From: Spirochaetaceae bacterium
GTDB taxonomy: Bacteria > Spirochaetota > Spirochaetia > DSM-2461
Assembly: GCA_965224705.1 (NCBI GenBank)
Contig: OZ245056.1
Coordinates: forward strand, 288,001 to 352,000
Direction of reading: 5' to 3'
DNA: 64,000 nucleotides
A program made the position numbers and the translations under genes. The notes under the pieces were generated by a model, which was not told where the DNA came from, searched no databases, and worked only from the letters and a program-made list of their open reading frames with translations. This document shows, in pieces, positions 40,068 through 50,401 of this stretch. Every line of letters starts with the position of its first letter. Position 1 is the stretch's first letter.

Positions 40068-42119
40068 ATGAACACCCGCAATAAGACCATCCTTCATCTG
40101 CTGTCTGAGAATCAATCTCAGTACACAACGATTGATCAGATTGCGGAGGTAACCGGTGTGGGAACCAGAACAATACACAGGGATTTGACAGGTCTGGAAA
40201 GAAGTCTTGGGTTCAGGGGATTAAGACTTGAGCGGCGCCGGGGCTATGGAATTCGTCTCATTGATCCCCTTCCGGACAACCTTGCAGAAGACTTGATCCC
40301 GGCAGGAACATCATCTTACCTTAAGAATGATCAGCGTCCAATGCTGATACTTCTCTATTTGATCGTTTCAGGAGACTGGATAAAGCTTTCCGAACTTGCC
40401 CATGTGCTTTTTGTCAGTGACTCTACAATCAGTTCCGATGTCAATTCCCTGGAATCCCTGCTGCCTGATGGATTTGTGATAAACAGGCAAAAAGGAATCG
40501 GTATCCGTCTGATTGCCCGGGAAGATATCACCCGACTCCTCTTTTTATCCGCATTCCCTGTGGTGTTCCCCCATCATGTTATTTTTGGAGAGTCCGACAG
40601 TTCCATGGGTGAGGGACGATTGATCACAGCTTTCAAAGTTCGACATGGAAAAGAACGAATCAGGGACAGAATCAAGAGAACGGAATCCATTCTGGGTTAT
40701 CAATTCTCTCCATCGTATCAATGTCTGCTGTACAGCTATCTCTATCTGCTTTCAAGACGCCTGCCATTCGGTTGTTTTATCAAGGACAGAGTGAAATCCA
40801 ATCTTGATATTCCAGACCCCTTCAGAAAGGCTGCGAAGGCAATGATGGAAACAGACCTGACAGAGTACAGTCACTCTCCAGCAGTGGTATCCGCAGAACT
40901 CGAAGTGCTCGCCCGAATTATTGCATCGTGTGAAACATCCATTCCTCCAACCTCTTCCGTCGATGAATTCATGGGAAACCTGAAAACATCTATTGAAACG
41001 ATGCTTGAGAAATCTTTAAACAGACTGGAAGAGAAGGAAAAAATCTGGCTCCATGATGACAGGATCCTTCTTAATTATCTGCGAATGACCATTACTGCAG
41101 CCGCCTGCCGGATAGATCTTGGATTGTCATTCTGGAAAAAATCAGGGCTTGTCACTTATCCCCGTATTGTAGACTTACCGGAAGCCGATGTACTGACAGA
41201 CCAGTTTCTGACCGAGTTCGGCCGAATTCTTAATGAACCCGAACCAGAAATAGTCCGGCGGGAACTTCAAGAGGCATCTCTGGCTCTAGCAGCTCGCCTG
41301 GAAACCATCCGATCCCGGAGTTCCGGAGAACTCAGAGTTGGAATTTTTTGTTATGAGGGACTTGGCATGTCCAGCTACATACTTTCAATTGCCAGAGATG
41401 TTTTTCCTGCTGGAACCGTGTTCAAGACCATGTGGGAGCCTGATCTGGATGATAATCTGAAATCTGATGGATATCATCTTGTGATTTCCACCCATCCCCT
41501 CCATTCCTGGAAAACCCGGCAACTGATACTGAACGGAGATAACTCTCCAGAGGAAATCCGGCGGCAGCTCAAAGAATTTGTCCGGGAAATGGATTTTCAA
41601 CCGGCTGTTTTAAACAGAGATCGCAAAAAAACGGAGCTGTCTGGAAACATCCGCTCCCTATCGTCTGGTGATGAGAAATACTCGCTGAAGGATGTGATCT
41701 CTGTTATCAGCGGATTTTTTGTTGAGCTGGAGGTTCCGGGAGGAAATCTTATTTCCCAGGCCGCCTCAGCTCTGGACAATGGTGACTGTGATATCGAAAC
41801 ACTGATTCATGATTTTGATCGCCGGGAATCATTCGGGAGTCTGAAGTTTGAAGAGTTGAACATACGAATTCTTCACTGCCGGTCCAGAGGAATCCCGGAG
41901 CCCAGGGCTGGAGTGATTCAAACAGAGGGAAACGATAGTACAGTTCTTGTTATCGCAGCACCTCTTACCGCTGAACAGGCCCAGACTCATGCACTTTCTG
42001 AAATAGTTATCGCATTGACAGATAGTCCCGATTTCGCGGAGATCCTGGCAGGAGGGAGTAAATCGGATATTCAATCTCATCTGCTTACAATCTTTGGCCG
42101 GAAGAATAAGGAGGTTTAA
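40068..42119 (+). CDS. MtlR/BglG-like multi-domain transcriptional regulator (HTH, PRD-like, EIIB- and EIIA-like)
   Basis: Two N-terminal HTH units (VGTRTIHRDL, VSDSTISSD), EIIB-like CYEGLGMS, EIIA-like RE...LH; inside the mannitol operon. Confidence 0.75.
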   Translation: MNTRNKTILHLLSENQSQYTTIDQIAEVTGVGTRTIHRDLTGLERSLGFRGLRLERRRGYGIRLIDPLPDNLAEDLIPAGTSSYLKNDQRPMLILLYLIVSGDWIKLSELAHVLFVSDSTISSDVNSLESLLPDGFVINRQKGIGIRLIAREDITRLLFLSAFPVVFPHHVIFGESDSSMGEGRLITAFKVRHGKERIRDRIKRTESILGYQFSPSYQCLLYSYLYLLSRRLPFGCFIKDRVKSNLDIPDPFRKAAKAMMETDLTEYSHSPAVVSAELEVLARIIASCETSIPPTSSVDEFMGNLKTSIETMLEKSLNRLEEKEKIWLHDDRILLNYLRMTITAAACRIDLGLSFWKKSGLVTYPRIVDLPEADVLTDQFLTEFGRILNEPEPEIVRRELQEASLALAARLETIRSRSSGELRVGIFCYEGLGMSSYILSIARDVFPAGTVFKTMWEPDLDDNLKSDGYHLVISTHPLHSWKTRQLILNGDNSPEEIRRQLKEFVREMDFQPAVLNRDRKKTELSGNIRSLSSGDEKYSLKDVISVISGFFVELEVPGGNLISQAASALDNGDCDIETLIHDFDRRESFGSLKFEELNIRILHCRSRGIPEPRAGVIQTEGNDSTVLVIAAPLTAEQAQTHALSEIVIALTDSPDFAEILAGGSKSDIQSHLLTIFGRKNKEV

Positions 42120-43289
42120 ATGAAGACAGCAGTACAGTTTGGTGCCGGAAATATCGGCAGGGGATTTATTGGAAAACTACTTTCCAACTCAGGGTATTCC
42201 GTTATTTTTGCCGATATCAGCAAAACGTTGATACCTGAACTGAAAATAAGGGAAGAGTATGTTGTGGAAATTGTCGGCGAGGAACAGAGGGAAGAAAGAA
42301 TCTCTCCGGTAACGGGAATGTATTCCGACGATCCAGAACTGCTTGAAGCCATTGCCCATGCGGAAATAATTACAACGGCAGTCGGCCCCAATATCCTTGG
42401 GAATATCGCCCCTGTTATCGCGAAAGGTATTGAGGTACGGAAAAAAAATGGTAACAACTCATCTTTGAACATCATTGCCTGTGAAAACATGATCGGTGGG
42501 TCAACCATGCTGAAAAGAGAAGTGATTCAATACCTGTCTGAGGACACACAGAAATGGATGACTGACTGCACAGGATTCCCCGACTCAGCAGTCGACCGCA
42601 TCGTCCCACCGATGGATGAAACAAAGGACATTCTCAGAGTACGGGTTGAGGAGTTCTGCGAATGGATTGTAGACGAATCAGGTTTCATCGGCACAGTTTC
42701 TGAGATTGAGGGGATGCAGTTAAGCGACAATCTGGGTTCCTTTATCGAAAGAAAACTATTTACACTGAATACCGGTCATGCGATAACAGCATATCTTGGG
42801 GCTTTCAAAGGATATAAAACTATAGCAGAGAGTATTGCTGATCCACAAATACTCCCGGTGGTACACGGTGCCATGGTTGAAAGTGGTGAAGTACTGATTC
42901 GGCGATACAATTTTGAACGCTCCGCTCACATGGCCTACATTGACAAAATACTGGCACGTTTCCGCAATCCCTGGCTGAATGATAGAGTTGATCGTGTGGG
43001 GCGCCAACCCATACGGAAACTTGGTGCCAATGAACGATTTATCAAACCTTTGCGAGGTACCATTGAATATGGAACTTCCAGCAGGAATCTGATTACCGGT
43101 ACCGCTGCGGCCCTGCATTTCCAGAATGATGATGACGATGAAGCGGTGAGGCTCATGACAATGCTGAATTCAATGGACTTGAAACAGGCCCTGAAGGAAA
43201 TAACCTCTCTGGATTCGGAAAGCATTATTACAGCCATTGCATCAGCTTATAAGAGTTTGACTGATTCTGGAATTCCCCGGATCGTTTAA
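42120..43289 (+). CDS. mtlD: Mannitol-1-phosphate 5-dehydrogenase
   Basis: FGAGNIGRGFIG, IIACEN, AVDRIVP, ERKLFTLNTGHA, RVGRQPIRKL. Confidence 0.96.
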   Translation: MKTAVQFGAGNIGRGFIGKLLSNSGYSVIFADISKTLIPELKIREEYVVEIVGEEQREERISPVTGMYSDDPELLEAIAHAEIITTAVGPNILGNIAPVIAKGIEVRKKNGNNSSLNIIACENMIGGSTMLKREVIQYLSEDTQKWMTDCTGFPDSAVDRIVPPMDETKDILRVRVEEFCEWIVDESGFIGTVSEIEGMQLSDNLGSFIERKLFTLNTGHAITAYLGAFKGYKTIAESIADPQILPVVHGAMVESGEVLIRRYNFERSAHMAYIDKILARFRNPWLNDRVDRVGRQPIRKLGANERFIKPLRGTIEYGTSSRNLITGTAAALHFQNDDDDEAVRLMTMLNSMDLKQALKEITSLDSESIITAIASAYKSLTDSGIPRIV

Positions 43290-43291
43290 CA

Positions 43292-43366
43292 GGATGAAAA
43301 GACTGGATGCCAGTGTTTTCTTCCAGATGATACAAAACTCCCTGAATTCTGGTTGTACAATGGATA
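43292..43366 (+). repeat. 75-bp direct repeat, left boundary of the accessory island
   Basis: 72/75 identical to 53886-53960; contains hairpin GAAAAGACTGG-atg-CCAGTGTTTTC. Confidence 0.9.
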
Positions 43367-43774
43367 GCTAATTCAAAAACTCTCTATAAGATATCAGTTA
43401 GAGAAGGAAGGTTGCTGCCTGATGCGGCCTCAGCCAGATTCTCATTGAAAATGAAGCTTTTGCCAGACCTTTTACATGAAAAAACGCCTTCTCATGACCT
43501 CTGATGTAAAGCCGCCTTGGAAAACGAATCCTTAGAGATGGGAGTTGACCCGCTTCACGCTCCTTAAAAGCTGGAAGACAGTTCCTTGAATCGTAAGTAA
43601 TTAACACCGATACTCCAGAACCTCGGCGAAGAAATCCATGTACTCTCCTCTCTCCCCTGCACTACCGAAAAACAGTGATGGACCACCTCGTGCGTACTGC
43701 GGCGATTCTCCCTCCCCTGCACTGCGTGCTGCCAAAAAACAGGTTCTGCCTTCGTCTGCCGCGAAGCATGCAGC

Positions 43775-45809
43775 ATCGAGTAGGAGGCACCCTGCGAAAG
43801 CAGGGATGCCGTCCTCTCACAGAACCGTGCGTACGGGTCCGTACACGGCTCCTCATGCATGTGTTCATATTTCTTTCAGTCTCAGGCTGAATAAATAAAC
43901 TGCCCGAGTTCTTCAATGAAATAGCGATTGGGAAAAGCTCTATGCATAGCCGGACTCCTTGAAGTCGCCCAGATACCCTTATTGTTGATAATTCGATTGG
44001 CCGCATACTCTGATACTCCCCTTTTTAACAGGGTGCGTTTCAGATTTCGGGGCCTCTTGTGCTCATACACTATTCGGGATCTCAATCGCCTTCTGGCATG
44101 GGCTTCCACCCTTTGAAGCTGGCGCTTATCTTCGGTTATACCGTAATATCCACTCCAGCCCCGGTACCAGATATTCAGCTTTTCCACTGTAGCTTCAATA
44201 GACTGATTCGTTCGTCTGGGTATCAATTCACAAAGCCTATCATTGGCTCTGCTCATTGACATCGACGAAATCGTAATCATTCCGGCCACAATGGTCATAC
44301 CCAAAAACTTGATAACTTCGGCCTTTCCTGTTTTGCTCTTCTCCTCGTTGACAACGAGTTTCAGTTTCTTTTCAATGAAGTTTGAAATACTTCCCATCAC
44401 TCTATCCGCCGCCTTTTGGGACTTAACGAATATGTTGCAGTCATCAGCAAATCGACAAAACTCCAGTCCTCGTTTTTCCAGTTCCCTGTCTAACTCGTCC
44501 AGAATCACATTGCTGAGCAATGGACTTAATGGACTACCCTGTGTCGTTCCTACAAAGGTATTTTCTTTCTGTCCATTCACCATCACCCCGCTCCGCAGAG
44601 TCAGGCCGGTCAAGCGCAGAATCCGGTTGTCGATTTTATGGACCGTTCTCAGCTGTCTGATGATTCTGTCGTGGCTGACCCTATCAAAGAACTTCGAGAG
44701 GTCGATATCCACCACAATATCCTTGCCGCTGCTGACTATCGACTTAGCCTTTTCAATAGCCTGTTTCTGACTTCGTCCAGGACGAAAGCCAAAACTGCTG
44801 TCTGAGAAGGTGGGGTCGATAATGGGTTCGAGCAGAAATTTGATGGATGCCTGGACCACTCTGTCACGCACACACGGCACGCCCAGAAGTCTCACTCCTC
44901 CTCCCGGTTTCGGGATCTCCACTCGTCTGACCGGTTGAGGTTTGTAGCTCCAGTCTTTCAGCTCCGCTGAGAGTTCCCGGATTTCCTGCTCAAGATTGGC
45001 TTTGTAATCCTCTACAGTGATCTCGTCGATGCCTGATGACCCCCTGTTCTTACTCACCTCTCTAAAGCCTCGCCTCAATACCGGTGGACTGCATAATTCC
45101 TCAAAAAGTCTCATGCGGTCCACTTTGAACAGTTCTCCTTGTTCCAATTTTCTCTCCTTCGGTCACAGACGAGTATTTCTGCGTGTTCCACATCTCTTTT
45201 CCTTGTTTACGTCAGGAATGGGTGGAACACTCCCTAATGGCTGGTTTCGTCTGATCTGATACTCATCGTTCCAACAGAACGTTTGCATGTTCCCCCCTTC
45301 ACCTTTAGCATCCTTGTCCCTTGGTTCCTGTTTTATCCTCACATATGTTGCCATATCGTCACAGGCAGAAATCTTTACGGCTACTATGGGTTCTTCTGAC
45401 TGCCGGTGGAAGATAACCCTGCATCCCTGCACGGCTTAGGAAATCTTATGGCGCTGTTCCACAGTTTCCATTCCACAGGCCCTCCCCGGGTAAGACCAAT
45501 CTCCATTTCATATCCGCCTGCCTTCTGCACAATTATGGGTTTACGTAAAGGATATGGGACTTCGATAGCCGAAGGTATCTCATCCCCCATAACTGCCTTT
45601 CAAAGGTTCACATTCGTTCAAGCGAATATTTTGACTTAGACTTCCTTCAGATTCCTCATTGGGAAATACAATCTCCATCTGGTGAGCAGGCATACTCTCA
45701 ATGCGTTGTCTATCTTTCTTCGGACACCCTTGTCTTTGTCTACAAATTCCCTCCTTTCAGGGCTTTGTCGGGATTTTCACCCGCTGGATATTGGTCATGC
45801 CGGGCACAC
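43775..45809 (-). mobile_element. Group II intron, IIC-like, apparently full length (2035 nt)
   Basis: 5' end GTGTGCCCGGCATG at 45809; domain V GAGCCGTGTACGGACCCGTACGCACGGTTC; domain VI ending CTACTCGAT at 43775; intact IEP. Confidence 0.92.
43882..45147 (-). CDS. ltrA: Group II intron reverse transcriptase/maturase (no endonuclease domain)
   Basis: RRVEIPKPGGGVRLLGVP..RDR, DLSKFFD, GTTQGSPLSPLLSN, FCRFADDCNIF, FLG, maturase GWSGYY. Confidence 0.95.
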   Translation of the reverse strand: MEQGELFKVDRMRLFEELCSPPVLRRGFREVSKNRGSSGIDEITVEDYKANLEQEIRELSAELKDWSYKPQPVRRVEIPKPGGGVRLLGVPCVRDRVVQASIKFLLEPIIDPTFSDSSFGFRPGRSQKQAIEKAKSIVSSGKDIVVDIDLSKFFDRVSHDRIIRQLRTVHKIDNRILRLTGLTLRSGVMVNGQKENTFVGTTQGSPLSPLLSNVILDELDRELEKRGLEFCRFADDCNIFVKSQKAADRVMGSISNFIEKKLKLVVNEEKSKTGKAEVIKFLGMTIVAGMITISSMSMSRANDRLCELIPRRTNQSIEATVEKLNIWYRGWSGYYGITEDKRQLQRVEAHARRRLRSRIVYEHKRPRNLKRTLLKRGVSEYAANRIINNKGIWATSRSPAMHRAFPNRYFIEELGQFIYSA

Positions 45810-45898
45810 TTCGCGACGTCGATTGCTCGAACGGCCGTCAGCCTCAGAGCGGGTAAGGTCAAATCCCACGTATTGACAAGTTTCGCCGCTTAAACTTA

Positions 45899-45927
45899 TT
45901 GACAGAACCTCCTTCCCTGGTTATGAT
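45899..45927 (+). promoter_or_regulatory. Sigma70 promoter of the ABC importer operon
   Basis: TTGACA-N17-TATGAT about 40 nt upstream of GGAGG RBS and ATG 45966. Confidence 0.65.
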
Positions 45928-45965
45928 TCCAGACTATATTAATTTGGTACACGTGGAGGTGTATT

Positions 45966-47312
45966 ATGAAAAAAAAGTCCCTTTTTCTTTTTGTTCTGAG
46001 TATTCTCGCGGTATCCCTGGCGTTCGGCGGCGGCGGCCAGGACGAGTCGGAAGCATCGGCCCCGGCACCAACCAGCTTTGATTGGATGAACTATGAAGGT
46101 TCCAGCATCACATTCATGGTTCCCGAGCATCCAATCACCAACGGTGTACGGGAAATTCTGGCGGAGTTTGAGTCCCAGACCGGCATTGAGGTGGCCATCA
46201 ATGCGATGGCTGAAGACCTGTACTTCGATAGAATGAACGTTGCGCTTCGCACCGAAGGCAATGTGGATGTCTACCTGGTGCCCATGGATGGAGACTCCTA
46301 CATTCAAAAAAACACCGGACTTGTCCGGTCACTTTCGCCCTACCTCGACGACCCGATAATGACGGCGTCGGACTACGATTTCCCTGATTTTCCATCAACC
46401 ATCATGGATTTGGTACACTACAGCGAGGGCTACTTTGCTATTCCCGCCTCACTCGAAACGTATATTCTTATGTATAATAAAGAAATAATCGAAAAGTACC
46501 TTGACGGCAAGGTTCCCGCCACCATGGATGAACTCATCAATGCGGCCAATACCATACAGAGCCAGGCAGATGGGGAAGTTTCCGGTGCTGTAATGAGGGG
46601 AATCCGTTCCGACACCCTTAAAGACACCATAACAGGCATCGTTTACAATGCAGTGGGTGACGGGGGATACAATAATGCAGCCGAAATGTACATGAGCTCT
46701 CCCGGCAACTTTTCAACGGTAAGGCTGACGGATCCCGGAATTATCCGCGGCATCAATCGATACGCTCAGCTTATGAAGGCTGGACCTTCGAATATCCAAT
46801 CCATGGATTGGCCTGACGCCGCAAGAGCGTTTGAACTGGGAAAGGCTGGATTCTTTGTCGATGCCAACCTATTTGCGCCTGGATTTGAACAGGGGGCAAT
46901 GGCTGGTAAGGTAGGCTATTCCATACTTCCCATCGACAACTCCGAGGGAAAATCCTACTCCGGTTTTTGGGGCTGGGGCTATGGCATAGCCGAAAACTCC
47001 AAGAATCCAGAGGCCTCCTGGCTGTTTATCCAATGGCTTTCCAACAAAACCAATGATGTGAAAATTGCGAAGTTCCATGGAAGTCCGGCAAGAAATTCAA
47101 CCTGGACCAGGACCGAATTCACTCAAACCATGCCGGTTGACTACATTGAAGCATCAAAGGAGCAGATGGCTTCATCCAGGAGTTCTGTTATCAAGAACGA
47201 AAAGGAAAAAGAGTTCTATCTGATTATAGTTGATGCCATACAGGAGATTTACGGGGGAAAATCCCCGGAACAGGCGGTTCGCGAGGCTCAGGAAAAAGCC
47301 AGGAATTTATAG
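45966..47312 (+). CDS. Sugar ABC transporter substrate-binding protein (CUT1 family)
   Basis: Signal peptide ending FGGGGQ; EFESQTGIEV, LMYNKE, PATMDEL, WGYGI..NSKNPEASW.FIQW. Confidence 0.9.
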   Translation: MKKKSLFLFVLSILAVSLAFGGGGQDESEASAPAPTSFDWMNYEGSSITFMVPEHPITNGVREILAEFESQTGIEVAINAMAEDLYFDRMNVALRTEGNVDVYLVPMDGDSYIQKNTGLVRSLSPYLDDPIMTASDYDFPDFPSTIMDLVHYSEGYFAIPASLETYILMYNKEIIEKYLDGKVPATMDELINAANTIQSQADGEVSGAVMRGIRSDTLKDTITGIVYNAVGDGGYNNAAEMYMSSPGNFSTVRLTDPGIIRGINRYAQLMKAGPSNIQSMDWPDAARAFELGKAGFFVDANLFAPGFEQGAMAGKVGYSILPIDNSEGKSYSGFWGWGYGIAENSKNPEASWLFIQWLSNKTNDVKIAKFHGSPARNSTWTRTEFTQTMPVDYIEASKEQMASSRSSVIKNEKEKEFYLIIVDAIQEIYGGKSPEQAVREAQEKARNL

Positions 47313-47342
47313 CTTTCGGATGAAATAGGGGGGATAAAGCCA

Positions 47343-48212
47343 ATGCGGACTGGAAGAATAGATTTTATCTCAAAAGGCTTTATTCTTCCCGCTATTTCAG
47401 TTTTAGTGATTGTTTCTCTGTACCCGGCAGTATTCGGCGTTGTAACCTCCCTTTTCGACTGGCATTGGGGGGATCAGGCTGTTTTTGTCGGATTCAAAAA
47501 CTACTTTTCCCTGTTTACCAGCAAAGATTTCTACACCGTCCTCTATAACACAGGCCGCTTTGCCGCCGCCGCCGCCCTTATCGAAATATCGCTTGGTTAT
47601 TATCTGGCGGTACAGGTGGACAAACTGAAAATAAACACAGGGCTCATCAAGGGCTTACTTATGATGCCTCTGATGATATCGGGAATTATCACGGCCCTGA
47701 TGTCCAAGGTCATCCTTGATCCGTACATCGGTGTCATACCCCAATTATTCTCCGGTCTTGGAATCAATGACTTCCCCTTTTTCGGCAGTCCCAAAACGGC
47801 GATGCCCACCATCATTGCGGTGGATACATGGTGGCAAACAGCCTTTATCTTCATCATCATTCTGGCGGGACTTCAGGGCATACCGATTTCAACAATCGAG
47901 GCATCGCAGATTGAAGGGGCCAGCGATTTTCAGGTTTTCTGGAGAATCAAATTCCCCATACTGAAGAACCTGTTGATAACAGTGATCATTTTCAGGCTCA
48001 TCGACATATTAAAAATTTTCGACCTCGTCTTCGGTACGACCGGGGGGGGGCCCAATCTGAGTACAGAGGTTTTTCAGACATTTGCCTATAGAACGGCCTA
48101 CAAATTTCGCGACATAGGCATGTCCATGACCATTATTGTGGTCTTTTCATGCATCATGCTGATTCTATGCATTCTATTCCACAAGCTCAGGGATCAGGAC
48201 GACATTCAGTGA
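47343..48212 (+). CDS. Sugar ABC transporter permease
   Basis: FVGFKNY, EAA loop EASQIEGAS, TGGGP. Confidence 0.92.
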   Translation: MRTGRIDFISKGFILPAISVLVIVSLYPAVFGVVTSLFDWHWGDQAVFVGFKNYFSLFTSKDFYTVLYNTGRFAAAAALIEISLGYYLAVQVDKLKINTGLIKGLLMMPLMISGIITALMSKVILDPYIGVIPQLFSGLGINDFPFFGSPKTAMPTIIAVDTWWQTAFIFIIILAGLQGIPISTIEASQIEGASDFQVFWRIKFPILKNLLITVIIFRLIDILKIFDLVFGTTGGGPNLSTEVFQTFAYRTAYKFRDIGMSMTIIVVFSCIMLILCILFHKLRDQDDIQ

Positions 48213-49048
48213 AGAGAAATTTCCTTTCTAGAAGCTGGCCCGTTGTGTTCGTCGGCATTGTACTGATACTGACAATATTTCCCATACTATGGGTTTTTCT
48301 GCTTTCGCTGACCGAAAACGCGCTCGACGTCCTGGCAGGTGAAAAAGTTAAAGCCATTATTACATTCAAGAATTACAGGGATCTCTGGCAGAATTCCCTG
48401 TTCCGGTCATCGTTTATCAACTCAATTTTTGTCACACTCATTGCGACGGTGCTATCCCTCGGCATAGCCCTGCCCTGCGCCTACTATCTGACGATTCAAC
48501 GGCGCAGGAAAAAGCAGTCCAGGGGAATACTGCTGTTCAATCTCTGGCTTCTTCTAACCTACATGCTTCCTGAATTCTTGTTTATTATACCAATGTACAT
48601 TGTCTACCAGAAAGTTGGTCTGTACGATACCTACTTTGGGCTGGCACTGCTCTACCAGATACATGTACTGCCGTTTTCAATCTGGATGTTAAGCAATTTT
48701 TTTCAGAGTGACATACCAGTAAGCATTGCGGAGGCGGCCAGCATTGACGGTGCCAGACACCGCACAATCCTTTTCTCCATCTACACACCGCTGGCCAGAT
48801 CCGGTATTGCAGCGTTGAGCATCCTGAGTGCGATTTGGATCTGGAATGAGCTGGCGATTGCCATCGGACTCACCTTTGCGAATGCGCAGACCATCACGGT
48901 GGGCGTGGCGTCATTTAGAGGCTATGCCTCCGTGAACTATGGGGCGATGACGGCCGCATCCATTGTGTCCATCGTTCCTATGCTGATAGGCGCCGTTTTC
49001 GTGCAAAAACACATACTTCGGGGCCTGTCGGCCGGTGCGATTAAATAA
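48209..49048 (+). CDS. Sugar ABC transporter permease
   Basis: GTG start overlapping the previous stop; EAASIDGA, WNE, GLSAGAIK. Confidence 0.92.
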   Translation: MKRNFLSRSWPVVFVGIVLILTIFPILWVFLLSLTENALDVLAGEKVKAIITFKNYRDLWQNSLFRSSFINSIFVTLIATVLSLGIALPCAYYLTIQRRRKKQSRGILLFNLWLLLTYMLPEFLFIIPMYIVYQKVGLYDTYFGLALLYQIHVLPFSIWMLSNFFQSDIPVSIAEAASIDGARHRTILFSIYTPLARSGIAALSILSAIWIWNELAIAIGLTFANAQTITVGVASFRGYASVNYGAMTAASIVSIVPMLIGAVFVQKHILRGLSAGAIK

Positions 49049-49061
49049 GTAAGGAGAACTT

Positions 49062-50372
49062 ATGTTTGAGAACATGTCAATGAAGGAACTGCAGACATTT
49101 GCCTCGCAGTTTTTGACCGGGGGCGTCTCGTCGAATGCGAGAATTAATCCCTACACCGGAATTCCCATGTACCTGTCCAGGGCTGAGGGCGCATATATAT
49201 GGGATCACAGCGGCAAAAAATACATCGACTATTTTATGGGTCACGGAGCATGTCTGCTGGGACATGGCCGACCGGAAATCAGCCGGGCCGTCACTGAAGC
49301 CATGCACAGGGGCTGGACGGCCGAGTTTGATTCCCAGGCCAATGTGGACCTGGCCGAACGACTTTGCCGGATTATTCCGTCGGCGGAACAGATACGTTTT
49401 ACCTCGTCAGGATCGGAATCCACGGCCCTCTGCATGCGCATCGCCCGTGCCTTCACAGGAAAAGACAAGATTATTCGCATTGACGGGCATTTTCACGGAA
49501 CCAACGACTATGTTCTAACCAACTGGCTGGCCGGTGATACGGATCGGAATAACGACGGCACGCAGAGGTCGGAATTTGTCTATTCATCCAGGGGAATACC
49601 CCGGGCGATCGAAGACACAATGATTGTCATTCCCTGGCATAACGTCGATGTTCTGGAGAGAGTTATTTCCGAGGAAAAGGATGATATCGCGGCGATAATT
49701 ATGGTTCCTATTGACTACAACAACGGCTGCCTTGTCCCCGCTAAGGAATACCTGCATAAGGTTAACGACATCGCACACCGAAGCGGTCTGCTGGTCATAT
49801 ACGATGAGATTCTTTCCTGCTTCCGCACCGGCCTGTCCTGCGCACAGGGCTATTTCGATGTGACACCGGATCTATGTGCAATAGGGAAGGTTCTCTCCAA
49901 CGGTGTACCCCTCAGTGTCGTCGCCGGGAAGAAGGAGGTCATGTCCTGCATCCTCGACAATCCTCCAGTGGCATCCGGCGGGACCTACTCGGGAAATGCT
50001 CTGGGAATCGCGGCCGCGCTGGCGACTCTCGAGATCCTCTCCCAACCCGATTTTTATCCCTCGCTCAGTTCCCTCACTCAATACTTCTGCGAGGGCATGA
50101 AGGAACTCTTTGCCAAATACGGAATTCAAGTGCAGATTCCCTATCTCGGCAGCAATTTCTTTATCTATTTCGGACCTGATAAGGAAGTCCGGAGCTACAG
50201 CGATTTTGCCCTTATTGATACATCATATGCCAGAAAGTTTTTTAGATCCTGCATCGATCGCGGGATTTATTTTCACACGGATCTTACTGTCTCAGCGGCC
50301 CATACGAGGGACGATATAGACCACACCCTGGAGGTATTTGAAGAAATCGTTCAGGACATCGGCACTCCCTGA
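49062..50372 (+). CDS. Class III PLP aminotransferase (glutamate-1-semialdehyde aminomutase-like, probably not HemL)
   Basis: GGVSSNAR, GKKYIDY, SGSE, GHFHG, DEILSCFR, IGKVLSNG, GGTYSGN; co-transcribed with a sugar importer. Confidence 0.85.
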   Translation: MFENMSMKELQTFASQFLTGGVSSNARINPYTGIPMYLSRAEGAYIWDHSGKKYIDYFMGHGACLLGHGRPEISRAVTEAMHRGWTAEFDSQANVDLAERLCRIIPSAEQIRFTSSGSESTALCMRIARAFTGKDKIIRIDGHFHGTNDYVLTNWLAGDTDRNNDGTQRSEFVYSSRGIPRAIEDTMIVIPWHNVDVLERVISEEKDDIAAIIMVPIDYNNGCLVPAKEYLHKVNDIAHRSGLLVIYDEILSCFRTGLSCAQGYFDVTPDLCAIGKVLSNGVPLSVVAGKKEVMSCILDNPPVASGGTYSGNALGIAAALATLEILSQPDFYPSLSSLTQYFCEGMKELFAKYGIQVQIPYLGSNFFIYFGPDKEVRSYSDFALIDTSYARKFFRSCIDRGIYFHTDLTVSAAHTRDDIDHTLEVFEEIVQDIGTP

Positions 50373-50401
50373 ATTCGGGTGAACAACCCGATGGAAGGAC
50401 T

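Noticed and set aside
43398..43640. ORF or transposase remnant between the left direct repeat and the intron
   Set aside because: An RBS and ATG occur near 43640 on the minus strand but stops follow quickly, and no family motif could be recognised.
43652..43723. CRISPR-like repeat pair CTCCCCTGCACT
   Set aside because: Only two 12-bp copies and no cas genes in the window.
43882..45147. Reverse transcriptase as a retron, DGR or defence RT
   Set aside because: It has a maturase region and is flanked by recognisable group II intron 5' end, domain V and domain VI.
49062..50372. hemL assignment
   Set aside because: GSA-like fold, but canonical HemL motifs are altered (GGVSSNAR, VPIDYN) and the context is a sugar importer, not tetrapyrrole genes.
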